DNA of 64,000 nt from an uncultured Alphaproteobacteria bacterium. GTDB lineage: Bacteria; Pseudomonadota; Alphaproteobacteria; RF32; CAG-239. The stretch's first letter is position 1. Every line of letters begins with the position of its first letter. This document shows, piece by piece, positions 51,432-60,641 of the stretch. A program made the position numbers and the translations under genes. The stretch lies in contig CALYBC010000020.1 of assembly GCA_944393725.1 (NCBI GenBank), positions 6,103 to 70,102 on the forward strand. Direction: 5' to 3'. A model generated the notes under the pieces. That model saw only the letters and a program-made list of their open reading frames with translations, did not search any database and had not been told where the DNA came from.

Positions 51432-52154
51432 ATGATGGGAAAATCTATTCAAAGGATTGCAAAGATGTACTTAAAAAAGAATTGTCTTCTGGCGGCGTTG
51501 TCTGTTGTCGCGTTGGGTGGGTGTAGTAATACCTACACTCTCTGGAGTTTGCCTTGGGAGGATGATGAACCGCAGGTAGAAGAAGTGGTGATATATACTC
51601 AGGAAGGCAACCAGCCCGTGCCGGCTGTTGCACCGACTGAGCAAAAAAACACCAATGACCGTTTTGTGGATTATAGAATGACCGATGCCGATTATAGGGA
51701 ATTCGGAGAGAGAGAGGTCACTGACCAGTATATCTTGGCAAATGGCGTAGGTAGCAATATGGCGGCCGCAATTCCGCCGACAATCGAAGAAGAGGTTACC
51801 GACTATGAGGAAGCCGTAAATGAGGCAATTTCCGATGCGGAAAATGCAAGTTCCGGTAATACCGAATACAACAGCGGCGACGACGCAGTAGAGGATTGGT
51901 TGGCCGAGGAAGGTTCTACTTTGAAGGGATTACTTTCGGATTGGTGCGAGAGATCGGGTTGGAGATTGGTTTGGAATTCCAACAGGAATTATACATTGGC
52001 TGCCGGAGCTATGTTCAGAGGAAGATTTGCCGATGTATCTTCGGCTCTAATTAGGAATTTTGCCAGAGCCAAACCGGCACCCATGGCCACTTTTTATAAA
52101 GGAAACCGCGTCTTAGTGGTTGAAACAAGGGAGGATGAAAATGCTTATAACTAA
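51432..52154 (+). CDS. PilL/TcpQ-like lipoprotein of type IVb pilus systems
   Basis: 240 aa with lipobox VALGGC and an acidic linker. The C-terminal LKGLLSDWCERSGWRLVWNSNRNYTLAAGAMFRGRFADVSSALIRNF ... YKGNRVLVV fits the TcpQ/PilL C-terminal pattern. Sits directly upstream of the secretin. Confidence 0.6.
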   Translation: MMGKSIQRIAKMYLKKNCLLAALSVVALGGCSNTYTLWSLPWEDDEPQVEEVVIYTQEGNQPVPAVAPTEQKNTNDRFVDYRMTDADYREFGEREVTDQYILANGVGSNMAAAIPPTIEEEVTDYEEAVNEAISDAENASSGNTEYNSGDDAVEDWLAEEGSTLKGLLSDWCERSGWRLVWNSNRNYTLAAGAMFRGRFADVSSALIRNFARAKPAPMATFYKGNRVLVVETREDENAYN

Positions 52155-53745
52155 TTTGAAAAAGATAGGTGTTGGTATTTGTGCCGTCACTATCGTTGCT
52201 TCCTGCTCTATTTCTACTACCATGGACGATGTGGTCGAAAAAAATATTGAGGCGGCCTCAGCATTGCGTGAAGGAGCAAAGGCTCCGACTAAGATTGCCA
52301 ACCAGGACTTGGTTAAAGTTAACGATGATATTTGGCTGGGTAATACCAGTAAAATTGAATACGAAGGAGAGCCTTTACCTTCGTATTTAGAGGCAAATGA
52401 CGGCATCACTTTGGTTTCTAATCGCCCCATCAGCCTGTACGAAATTGGGGATATGCTTAATAAGACAACAGGTCTTGGTATCAGATATTCATATGATTTG
52501 GAGGCTGATGTCAGAGCAAAAGGAGAAAGCAACAAGCCTTCTTCTTTACTGCCGACCGGCGGAGAGTGGGCCTCTCCGGATACTATGGTGGTGTCATATC
52601 AAGGGCCTTTGAGCGGCTTCTTGGATGAAGTGTCTTCGCGTTTTGGTGTTTGGTGGAAATATGACAACAAGGATATCTACTTCTATCGCTTTATAACCAA
52701 AACTTTCGTTATGTATTCCTTGCCGACAAAACCGAATATGAATGTTAACATTGGCGGTTCTGCTTCGGGAAGCGGCGGATCGTCGTCCATCAGTTTGACA
52801 TCGTCGATTGATGTGGAGATGTGGACACAGTTTGAAAAAACCATTTCTTCAATGATTGGCTCCGACGCAAAATTAACCGTTTCTCCTTCAGACGGAACCA
52901 TTACATTAACGGCAACCCCTAATGATATAAAATTGGTCGCCAAATATGTAAATGAGCAAAACGCCCGCTTGGCAAGGCAAGTTGCCATTTCGGTAAAGAT
53001 TATGCAGGTTACAATAAGTGATTCTGATTCTTACGGTCTTGATTTGAAGGCAACATTCGATGATGGTGTTACTTCGGTTGGAATTACCGGAACACAAGGA
53101 ATCACTGCATCCGATGATTTGTCTAATGCGATATCTTGGGGTATATTAAAAGATAATTGGTCTGCCGATGCTATTATGCAGGCAATATCTAAGAAAAACA
53201 GAACCACTCTGATCACCAGCGGTACGGTAACTACTTTGAATAATAAACCAGCGCCGATTCAAGTAACGCAGAAACAAAATTACATTTCTGAGATGACAAA
53301 GACAAATAACGGCACCGATGGAGATAATTATGATATCTCTGTTACAACAGAGGAAATCGAAACCGGTTTCACTTTGGACGTGTTACCTAGAATTTTGGAG
53401 CACGGAAGAATGTTGGTTATGTTTAATATGACATTATCAGATTTGATTTCTCTTGAAAAGGTAAGCTTCGGAAATGAAGATGAAAACCAATACATCCAAA
53501 ACCCGAAAGTTGAATCTCGAGCCTTTACGCAAGAGGTGGCTTTGAGCTCCGGTGAATCGTTGATTTTGACCGGATATGAAAAGACATCCGATGAAACGAA
53601 TAAGACCGGAACAGGTTCGGCAGAATCTTCTCTGTTGGGCGGAAATGCAGACGCTTCAAGAGAACGCAATATTTTGGTTATTGTTTTGACGCCTGTAGTT
53701 TTGGAAACTCCGTTGTCACCGGAAACCAGAATGACCATGAACTAG
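52141..53745 (+). CDS. Lipoprotein secretin of the type IVb pilus class (R64 PilN / BfpB-like)
   Basis: Lipobox IVASC. N0/N1-like modules, then a secretin C-domain: TLITSGTVTTLNNKPAPIQV, GFTLDVLPRIL, GESLILTGY, ERNILVIVLTPVVL. Start uncertain: 52120 TTG, 52135 or 52141 ATG, with GGGAGG at 52129. Confidence 0.85.
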   Translation: MLITNLKKIGVGICAVTIVASCSISTTMDDVVEKNIEAASALREGAKAPTKIANQDLVKVNDDIWLGNTSKIEYEGEPLPSYLEANDGITLVSNRPISLYEIGDMLNKTTGLGIRYSYDLEADVRAKGESNKPSSLLPTGGEWASPDTMVVSYQGPLSGFLDEVSSRFGVWWKYDNKDIYFYRFITKTFVMYSLPTKPNMNVNIGGSASGSGGSSSISLTSSIDVEMWTQFEKTISSMIGSDAKLTVSPSDGTITLTATPNDIKLVAKYVNEQNARLARQVAISVKIMQVTISDSDSYGLDLKATFDDGVTSVGITGTQGITASDDLSNAISWGILKDNWSADAIMQAISKKNRTTLITSGTVTTLNNKPAPIQVTQKQNYISEMTKTNNGTDGDNYDISVTTEEIETGFTLDVLPRILEHGRMLVMFNMTLSDLISLEKVSFGNEDENQYIQNPKVESRAFTQEVALSSGESLILTGYEKTSDETNKTGTGSAESSLLGGNADASRERNILVIVLTPVVLETPLSPETRMTMN

Positions 53746-53767
53746 CTTCTTTGCAGGAGATAAAAAA

Positions 53768-55102
53768 GTGCTTGATGAAGCAAAGCTGTTAGAAGACGAT
53801 TTTGAGGGGGGAACCTCTCGTAAGACTTGGGGTACATCAATTAATGTCGATGGCATTAATTATGCCACGAGTTTGTTCTGGCAGCCTTTACAGAACGCCA
53901 AGGATTATTTGCAGGAAGTCGAGGATGCATCAAACAGCATCTTGGAGGGAGCGGATTTATTCTGTATCAAAGGCGGAAAGGCTCCCCAGTTCGGTATTTG
54001 CGTATCGCATGAAGGGTTTAAAAAGGGGCAATCATCGGCCGTGGTGGCTTTAGTTACGGCGTTGTCGGATGTGTCTTCTTTTGTTGCCGTGTTCAAAACT
54101 AAAGAGGGATGGTGGTATACCTGCGTTCGTAACGACATCATCTTGTCTGATGGTGATATGCTGTTTTTAAACGAAGAAGAAGCAAAAAATCAGTTCTTGT
54201 CAATGTTGGCCGTGCCCGATTGGGGCAAAAAAATTGCTCCGGCAGAATGGGGAATTGAAGATACAGAAGATGCCGACTTGGGAGAGCTGCTCTCTCGAGG
54301 TGCCAAGGCTAAACTGCAAAAGATAAAAGGGCTTCGCGGGTCGAAACTGATTGCTGTTGTGGCAGTATCGGCTGTGGTTGGATTGTGGCTGGTTTCGACT
54401 TTGGTTGATAAAATATTTTTCACGCCGGTTAAAAAACCGGTATCAGTTCCGGTACGGCCCAAGGTGATTCAGCCGGTTGAAGTTAAAGAAGTTCCTAAAC
54501 CGTGGGAGAAAATTGCCGACCCCGCAGAAATTATGAACAGTTGCTTTGAGGGAATAAATCAACTGGTGCAAATACTGCCTCCGGGGTGGAAAATCGGCTT
54601 GATAAGCTGCTCAAACAACTCTGTGGCCACATCTTGGAAACGCGAATTCGGAATTATGGATTGGATGCGTGATGCCTTGGAAAAATCAGAAATCAAATTT
54701 GCAGGTTATCAATTTGATAATACCGGAAACAATATTACGGCCTCTATAAATCTGAAACCAGCACCGCAATTATTATCTCCTCCGGAATATAATATGGTTG
54801 ATTTACGCAATAAGATAAACAACCAGTTTCAGGCTTTGGGTTTGCAGATTGCTCTGTCGGAAGAAACGATTAAGACCAGTGCGCCTAAACCGGTCGCAAC
54901 CAAAGGCAAGGGTCCGGCGGCCAGAGTTCCCGCTCAGCAGCCTGCCGTATTCAAGGTGCTAAAATTTTCGTTTAATTCTCCACATGACCCAACAATTTGG
55001 GCAAAATTGTTAACAAAATATTCAGGTCTTGAGTTTAGACTGATAACCTATTCACCAGACAATAATGTTTGGCATTATGAAGGAGCTATATATGTCTTGT
55101 AA
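53768..55102 (+). CDS. Bitopic assembly protein, PilO-like (R64/PAPI-1 type) by size and synteny
   Basis: 444 aa, GTG start with AGGAG RBS, and a central TM LIAVVAVSAVVGLWLVSTLV. The position after the secretin matches the pilL-N-O-P-Q-R-S order. Confidence 0.45.
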   Translation: MLDEAKLLEDDFEGGTSRKTWGTSINVDGINYATSLFWQPLQNAKDYLQEVEDASNSILEGADLFCIKGGKAPQFGICVSHEGFKKGQSSAVVALVTALSDVSSFVAVFKTKEGWWYTCVRNDIILSDGDMLFLNEEEAKNQFLSMLAVPDWGKKIAPAEWGIEDTEDADLGELLSRGAKAKLQKIKGLRGSKLIAVVAVSAVVGLWLVSTLVDKIFFTPVKKPVSVPVRPKVIQPVEVKEVPKPWEKIADPAEIMNSCFEGINQLVQILPPGWKIGLISCSNNSVATSWKREFGIMDWMRDALEKSEIKFAGYQFDNTGNNITASINLKPAPQLLSPPEYNMVDLRNKINNQFQALGLQIALSEETIKTSAPKPVATKGKGPAARVPAQQPAVFKVLKFSFNSPHDPTIWAKLLTKYSGLEFRLITYSPDNNVWHYEGAIYVL

Positions 55103-56417
55103 GAATTTAAATTTATTATTGGTGACAATCTTTTGTTCTTTGACGCTAGCGGCGGGACAAATAAATGCTCAGGGCTTGGTTTCTTTGTCAGAAGAAGCCA
55201 TGTTTGACGATGGGTTGGATACGGAAATGGAGCTGCCGACACCGGAAGTTCCTAATATAGAGCAAACAAATAAGCAACCTTCACCTGAGTTGCCTGTTCT
55301 CAATGCTTCAGAAACAGCAGTATCCGCTCCGGCAAACGATGATGTTGATGTCAGCAAACTTGACATAATAGAAGAAGATAATGGTAAAACCGATGAATTG
55401 ACTTTGTTGGCCGAGCAAGAAAACGCTACGGCCGAAGGTACGGACTTGTTTTCGCAGATGTCTGATATTGAAAAAAGGACTGCTCTTTTGAATTTGGAGT
55501 TAAAGAGAGAAAAGCTTAAAAATGAAATCGAGGCCGTAAAAAATCAGCGGCGTCAGGCTTTACAACAAGAAAAAGAGAGAATCGAGCAGCAAAAGCTTAA
55601 AAATCTGGCTTTTGAGAAGGAACAAGAGCAAAAGGTTTTAGTTGAACAGCAAAAATTGCGTGATTTGGATATAAAATTCGAAACTTTGCGTCAGGAAAGA
55701 GTGTTGGGAGCATACAAAAATAAAATGCTTGAAGAAAATCAACTGTGGATTGCCAATAATGCAAAGTTTTATAAGCAAATTGAAGATTTGAGAAATTCTA
55801 AAAAAGCTCTGTTGGAAGATATGAAAACCAAAGTCGCGACCTTAAATACGGCAGCTCTGGAAGCCAAAAAATCTTTTATGGCCAAGGTTGATGAATATGA
55901 AAAAGATGCTGAAAACTTGCGTACGCAAATTGAAATATTGCGCCAAAGAACCGAGGCTTTGGAAAGAGAAAATGCCCAGATGAAAAGCAACCCATTTGCA
56001 AACGGTGCTACCGCTAATGCCGGCGACGATGGTGCGGAAAAGAAAGATTCGGCAAACGAACCCGTAGAAACCGATTTATCACAGCTTTATGCCGTTACCG
56101 AGATTAGAGGTCAAGGTGGTGAGTTAATCGCAAAACTGTTAAATACCGGTGGAGTTTCTTTCTATGTTAAGAAGGGTACGGTTTTGCAGTCAGGACATAT
56201 TGTCGATGAAATAACTACGACCTATGTTGCGGCAACAAAGGGAGCTAATAAAAGTTATCTGTATTTCTCTGCCGGAGGCATAGTTCCTATGGAAACGACT
56301 GGGTTCCAGCTTGATCCGGAAGTCGCGGCCAAAATGCAAGCAACACAGGCACAGGGCGGCAATGCTACCGGCGTTAGCGGTAATAGCAGAGCGGGATTAA
56401 TTTCAACTCCTTTGTAA
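55092..56417 (+). CDS. Secreted coiled-coil protein with a PilP-like C-terminal beta domain
   Basis: Preferred start ATG 55092 (GAAGGAG RBS). Signal peptide LLLVTIFCSLTLAAGQINA and a long coiled coil. C-terminus VTEIRGQGGELIAKLLNTGGVSFYVKKGTVLQSGHIVDEIT fits the PilP pattern. Confidence 0.5.
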   Translation: MSCKNLNLLLVTIFCSLTLAAGQINAQGLVSLSEEAMFDDGLDTEMELPTPEVPNIEQTNKQPSPELPVLNASETAVSAPANDDVDVSKLDIIEEDNGKTDELTLLAEQENATAEGTDLFSQMSDIEKRTALLNLELKREKLKNEIEAVKNQRRQALQQEKERIEQQKLKNLAFEKEQEQKVLVEQQKLRDLDIKFETLRQERVLGAYKNKMLEENQLWIANNAKFYKQIEDLRNSKKALLEDMKTKVATLNTAALEAKKSFMAKVDEYEKDAENLRTQIEILRQRTEALERENAQMKSNPFANGATANAGDDGAEKKDSANEPVETDLSQLYAVTEIRGQGGELIAKLLNTGGVSFYVKKGTVLQSGHIVDEITTTYVAATKGANKSYLYFSAGGIVPMETTGFQLDPEVAAKMQATQAQGGNATGVSGNSRAGLISTPL

Positions 56418-56444
56418 CTTTAATTTAATTGGTTAAGGTGGAAA

Positions 56445-58118
56445 ATGGAAAATTCTGACGAACAGGAAAAAACCGTATCCCAAGCCGAGGCTCCTGCCTC
56501 GGCTGTTCCTGCGTCTGATGAGGATAATAAAGCTTCGGAAAAAGAAAAAGGTTCAATAACCGAGGAATATTTTTCTAACAATAATAAACTTCTTACTCTG
56601 CCCGGCTCACCGCTGGCGGTCAATGATGATACCAGAAGACTTTTAGCATTGTTTTCCGACGGCCGTTTTTTGGTGGTTGAAGCTCACAAGTTTGACGGAC
56701 GCGTTTTAAGCTTTGAAGTTTTAGCGCGTAAGAAAAAAGTTGCTATCGCCAAGCCAACTTATGTTTCGCAAAATGAATTAAATGCCATTTACGCTATCGG
56801 CGAACGTGCACAGGCTGCCGAAGAGGTTTCGGCCGATGCCGAACTTGATCAACTGCAAATGCAAAAGGACTTTGTTAATGTGGTGGCCAGAGCGGCAAGC
56901 AAAAAGGTGTCGGATATCCATGTCGTGGTAGCAGATAATACCGTAATTATGTTTAGAGTTAACGGTATGATGCAGGTAGAGATGGAATACAACAAAGAGT
57001 GGGGCGAATCATTTGTGCGTGCGGCGTTTGCTTCGGCGGATATTTCCGATTCCAACTATGCCCAAAACGAATTTCAGGGAGCCCAAAAATTAGGTTCTAC
57101 ACCTTTGAGAGGATCTAAAGGTAAACTGATGTTGCCACACAATGTTTTGGCAATTCGTTTGCAATTTAACCCGATTGCTTTTGGTTCGCAATATTTGGTT
57201 ATGCGTTTGCTTTATGCCGATGATAATCCCGACGGTTCCGGCGATTTAGCGGCTCTTGGATTTGGCCAGTTTGAGGAAGATTTATTTTATCGTTTGCGAG
57301 CCGTTCCGGTCGGAATGAGCATCGTGGCAGGTCCTACCGGTTCTGGAAAATCTACCACTTTACAAAGAAACATGATTAAGCTTTTGCAAGAAAAAAATTA
57401 TGAGCTTAATTTGTTGACGGTGGAAGATCCTCCGGAATACCCGATTCCGGGGGCAAGACAAATGCCGGTTACCAATGCCAATACCGAAGAAGAAAAAGCC
57501 GAGCAGTTCACTAAAGCGTTATCGGCGGCATTACGTTCTGACCCCGATGTTATTATGGTGGGCGAGATTAGAGCATTGGCGGCGGCTCAGCTTACTTTCC
57601 AAGGTGCTTTGTCCGGTCACGGAATGTGGTCAACCCTGCACGCCAACTCTGCTCCGGCAATTATTAACCGCTTTAGGGATATGGGGGTTGAAACCTTTAA
57701 ACTACTTGACCCCGAGTTGATTAAAGGACTGATTTCTCAACGCTTATTCCGAAAACTTTGCCCACATTGCCGAATGTCGGTTAAAGAAAGACAGAATGAT
57801 CCGTCATTTAATCGCTTGCGTACCGCTCTGGGGGACTTTGGCGTGGAAAATACTTATGTTCGCGGACCGGGATGCAAATTTTGTAACGGTACTGGTATTA
57901 AGGGACGCATGTGCGTGCCGGAGATTATTCTGCCCGATGCGACATTCTTGGAGTTGATGATTAAGGGCGAAACCAGACGAGCAATTGATTATTGGACATC
58001 GGATTTAAACGGCAGAACCCTAAAAGAAGCCGCTATGGAACGAATGCTCAAAGGGCTTATTGATTTGGATGAAGTTGAAAGATGGTGCGGATTGCTTGAT
58101 CAGCGTCCGGCATACTAG
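56445..58118 (+). CDS. GspE/PilB-family pilus assembly ATPase (R64 PilQ equivalent)
   Basis: 557 aa: Walker A GPTGSGKST, Asp box LTVEDPPEY, Walker B DPDVIMVGEIR, His box GHGMWSTLHANSA, and the tetra-Cys motif CPHC ... CKFC. Confidence 0.92.
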   Translation: MENSDEQEKTVSQAEAPASAVPASDEDNKASEKEKGSITEEYFSNNNKLLTLPGSPLAVNDDTRRLLALFSDGRFLVVEAHKFDGRVLSFEVLARKKKVAIAKPTYVSQNELNAIYAIGERAQAAEEVSADAELDQLQMQKDFVNVVARAASKKVSDIHVVVADNTVIMFRVNGMMQVEMEYNKEWGESFVRAAFASADISDSNYAQNEFQGAQKLGSTPLRGSKGKLMLPHNVLAIRLQFNPIAFGSQYLVMRLLYADDNPDGSGDLAALGFGQFEEDLFYRLRAVPVGMSIVAGPTGSGKSTTLQRNMIKLLQEKNYELNLLTVEDPPEYPIPGARQMPVTNANTEEEKAEQFTKALSAALRSDPDVIMVGEIRALAAAQLTFQGALSGHGMWSTLHANSAPAIINRFRDMGVETFKLLDPELIKGLISQRLFRKLCPHCRMSVKERQNDPSFNRLRTALGDFGVENTYVRGPGCKFCNGTGIKGRMCVPEIILPDATFLELMIKGETRRAIDYWTSDLNGRTLKEAAMERMLKGLIDLDEVERWCGLLDQRPAY

Positions 58119-58133
58119 TTTGAGGGCGATAAA

Positions 58134-59270
58134 ATGGTTGATGAAGAACTGTTAAGTAAGAAAAAGAACTCAAAATCTTTGCAAAAGGCTATGCGTAACC
58201 TTAACAAAGCTGAGGAAATGTACGCTCGCTTTATGATTATGTTTGCCCATAAAACCAGATTGAAACTATATCGCAAAATCGCCTCTTTGATGCGTAACCG
58301 CTTTTCTTTGATGGATGCTCTGGACATGTTGCATGACGGAGCATCAAACGGCGGCAAAAATCCCGGTGAACCATTAGCAATTGCCATTGCGGCTTGGGGC
58401 AGAAGCTTAAATAACGGTAATACTTTTTCCGATGCTTTGAAAGGGTGGGCTCCAGATCGGGAAAGATTAATGCTTTCGGTGGGCGATGTATCGGACTTGG
58501 AAGGTGCTTTATTAAACTTGATTAAAGTTACCGAAGGTTCAACCAAAATGATCAGACCGATTATCGGTGCGATTGCTTATCCGAGTTTTTTAATGATGAT
58601 GGCAATTTTGATTATTTATGCCATCGGTGTATACATGGTGCCGCCGATGATTGATGCGGCTCCGAATGTCAGGTGGAGAGGGCTGGCAAAAGATTTGGTA
58701 GATTTATCGGCTTGGATTAAAGATAACTGGATGATTGCCTTTTCTTCCTTGCCGATACTGATGGCAGTAATATATTTTACCATCAGTATATGGACCGGAA
58801 AAATCAGAGCCATTTTTGATAATATCCCACCATGGTCATTATATAAGACTTTTACCGGAATCAGCTGGCTTTTGGCTATGGCTGCTCTGGTAAAAGGCGG
58901 AACTCCGGTGTCGACGGCTTTGCGTGCGTTGCGTCGTGATGCGACCAGATATTTGAAAGAACGAATTGATAAAACTTTGGTCTATGTAAATAACGGCGAT
59001 AACTTGGGGCAGGCACTTGCCAAAACCGGCTTGATGTTTCCGGATAAGGAAATTATTGACGATTTGAAAATTTATTCTGAGTTGGATAACTTTGAAGAGG
59101 CTTTGGATAATCTGGCTAACGAGTGGCTGGAAGAATCGGTTTATACTATTGAAGAAAAAGCCGGAATTCTTAACATGGTGGCATTGTTGGCTATCGGTGG
59201 TGTTATCGCTTGGGCAGTTATGGGTACCTTTGATATGCAAGATCAGATTACCAGCAGTATGGGAACTTAG
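58134..59270 (+). CDS. GspF/PilC-family inner-membrane platform protein (R64 PilR equivalent)
   Basis: 378 aa with two T2SSF-like repeats (FSLMDALDML ... GNTFSDAL ... GDVSDLEGAL; VSTALRAL ... GDNLGQAL ... ELDNFEEAL) and three TM segments. Confidence 0.82.
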   Translation: MVDEELLSKKKNSKSLQKAMRNLNKAEEMYARFMIMFAHKTRLKLYRKIASLMRNRFSLMDALDMLHDGASNGGKNPGEPLAIAIAAWGRSLNNGNTFSDALKGWAPDRERLMLSVGDVSDLEGALLNLIKVTEGSTKMIRPIIGAIAYPSFLMMMAILIIYAIGVYMVPPMIDAAPNVRWRGLAKDLVDLSAWIKDNWMIAFSSLPILMAVIYFTISIWTGKIRAIFDNIPPWSLYKTFTGISWLLAMAALVKGGTPVSTALRALRRDATRYLKERIDKTLVYVNNGDNLGQALAKTGLMFPDKEIIDDLKIYSELDNFEEALDNLANEWLEESVYTIEEKAGILNMVALLAIGGVIAWAVMGTFDMQDQITSSMGT

Positions 59271-59279
59271 GAAGTGATT

Positions 59280-59870
59280 ATGGGAAAAATAAAAGCCTTT
59301 TTTACAATTTTGTGGGTGATGATTTGCCAGTGGAAAGTTGCCATAATCTCGGCGGTGATTGTGTTTGCCTTAGCTTTGTCACTATTGGCAATAGTACGCG
59401 GGCAGCAAAATGTCGGAGCTTTTGAGGCCGGTAATCAGGTAACAATTTTGGCAAAAAATATCTGCGGCGCTTATAAAATGCGGCCGGATTTTTGGGGGCT
59501 CAGCACTCAAGAGGTCATCGACCAAAAATTATATCCGGCAGATATGCGGGTAGAAAACGGTAAGTTAAAGGGATATTTTGCCAATGATGTGGAAATTGGG
59601 GCTGATGAAAGCGGTATGGCAGTTATGCCCTCAATGCGAAGCTTTGTGATTGCTTATAACGGTTTGAATAAAAAGCAATGCGTAGCCTTAGCGTCGCATC
59701 AGTTTGAACATGATTTTTGGCTTTCGGTGAGTGAGCTGACAATCAAAAGCAATAAATCAGAGCAGGTTTTCAGCTGGAGCAGTGAGGAGTTTGCCTTGCC
59801 GGCAGAGCGAAAAGTTGTTACGAAGATATGCGATGATGTCAATAAAGTAATTTTTAGGTTTGAACAGTAA
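59280..59870 (+). CDS. Pilin-fold paralog without a canonical prepilin cleavage motif (minor pilin candidate)
   Basis: Preferred ATG 59280 (AGGAAG RBS). Hydrophobic helix VAIISAVIVFALALSLLAIV. QVTILAKNICGAYKMR and IAYNGLNKKQCVALAS parallel QITMTLMNVRTAYASS and ISMAGLTQDACVSLAT of the pilin at 59983..60585. Confidence 0.5.
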   Translation: MGKIKAFFTILWVMICQWKVAIISAVIVFALALSLLAIVRGQQNVGAFEAGNQVTILAKNICGAYKMRPDFWGLSTQEVIDQKLYPADMRVENGKLKGYFANDVEIGADESGMAVMPSMRSFVIAYNGLNKKQCVALASHQFEHDFWLSVSELTIKSNKSEQVFSWSSEEFALPAERKVVTKICDDVNKVIFRFEQ

Positions 59871-59982
59871 AATTGTTTACTTTATTTTAAGCTATTTGTG
59901 TATACACTAAGCGTAAATTTAGTTTTTGGTTGTATAAAAACAAATATGAGTGTAGAATAAATATATTAGGAATACTTAATTT

Positions 59983-60585
59983 ATGGAGTATAAAGAAATG
60001 TTATCAGGTGCTAAAACAAATGAATCCGGTCGTTCGATGGTGGAGATGCTTGGTGTGTTAGCGATTATCGGCGTTTTGTCGGTCGGTGGTATTGCCGGTT
60101 ATTCTAAAGCAATGGCAAAATTCAAGCTCACCAAGGCTCAAGACCAGATAACCATGACTCTAATGAATGTGCGTACGGCTTATGCCTCTAGTCCTACTTA
60201 TGAAGGTATGACAAGTAAGCTCGTTGGAGATTATAATTTAGCTTCTTCTGATATGATTGTTAAAGATCAAGATGGTAGTGTTACTGGTTTAATTGGTGCT
60301 TTTGGAGGAACGGTGCAGGTTGCTTCATGCGGAGGAGGTGAATGTAATTGTACCCTTTCTGAAGGTTCAACGGCAGATGGGTATTTCTGCATTTCTATGG
60401 CTGGGTTAACTCAGGACGCTTGTGTTTCTTTAGCTACTTCTGACTGGGGTGCTGATGGATTGGTTGGTATGACAGTTGGCGATGGAAATCAAACATCATC
60501 TACTGATTTGCCGATGAGCATGGCTACGGCTGTTACCCAATGTGAGACTGATGACACTACATCGATTACTTGGGTATATTACTAG
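59983..60585 (+). CDS. Type IV (IVb-like) prepilin
   Basis: The leader ends ...TNESG. The mature N-terminus is RSMVEMLGVLAIIGVLSVGGIAGY, with Glu at +5. C-terminal Cys pairs are present. An alternative start at ATG 59998 has GGAG 9 nt upstream. The gene has its own AT-rich upstream gap and a downstream terminator. Confidence 0.82.
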   Translation: MEYKEMLSGAKTNESGRSMVEMLGVLAIIGVLSVGGIAGYSKAMAKFKLTKAQDQITMTLMNVRTAYASSPTYEGMTSKLVGDYNLASSDMIVKDQDGSVTGLIGAFGGTVQVASCGGGECNCTLSEGSTADGYFCISMAGLTQDACVSLATSDWGADGLVGMTVGDGNQTSSTDLPMSMATAVTQCETDDTTSITWVYY

Positions 60586-60608
60586 CTATATAGCTTGATG
60601 AAAAATAT

Positions 60609-60638
60609 GAGCCTCGTTGCACCTGACGGGGCTCTTTT
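60609..60638 (+). terminator. Rho-independent terminator after the pilin gene
   Basis: GAGCCTCG (60609-60616), 10-nt loop, CGGGGCTC (60627-60634), then TTTT. Confidence 0.65.
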
Positions 60639-60641
60639 AGT

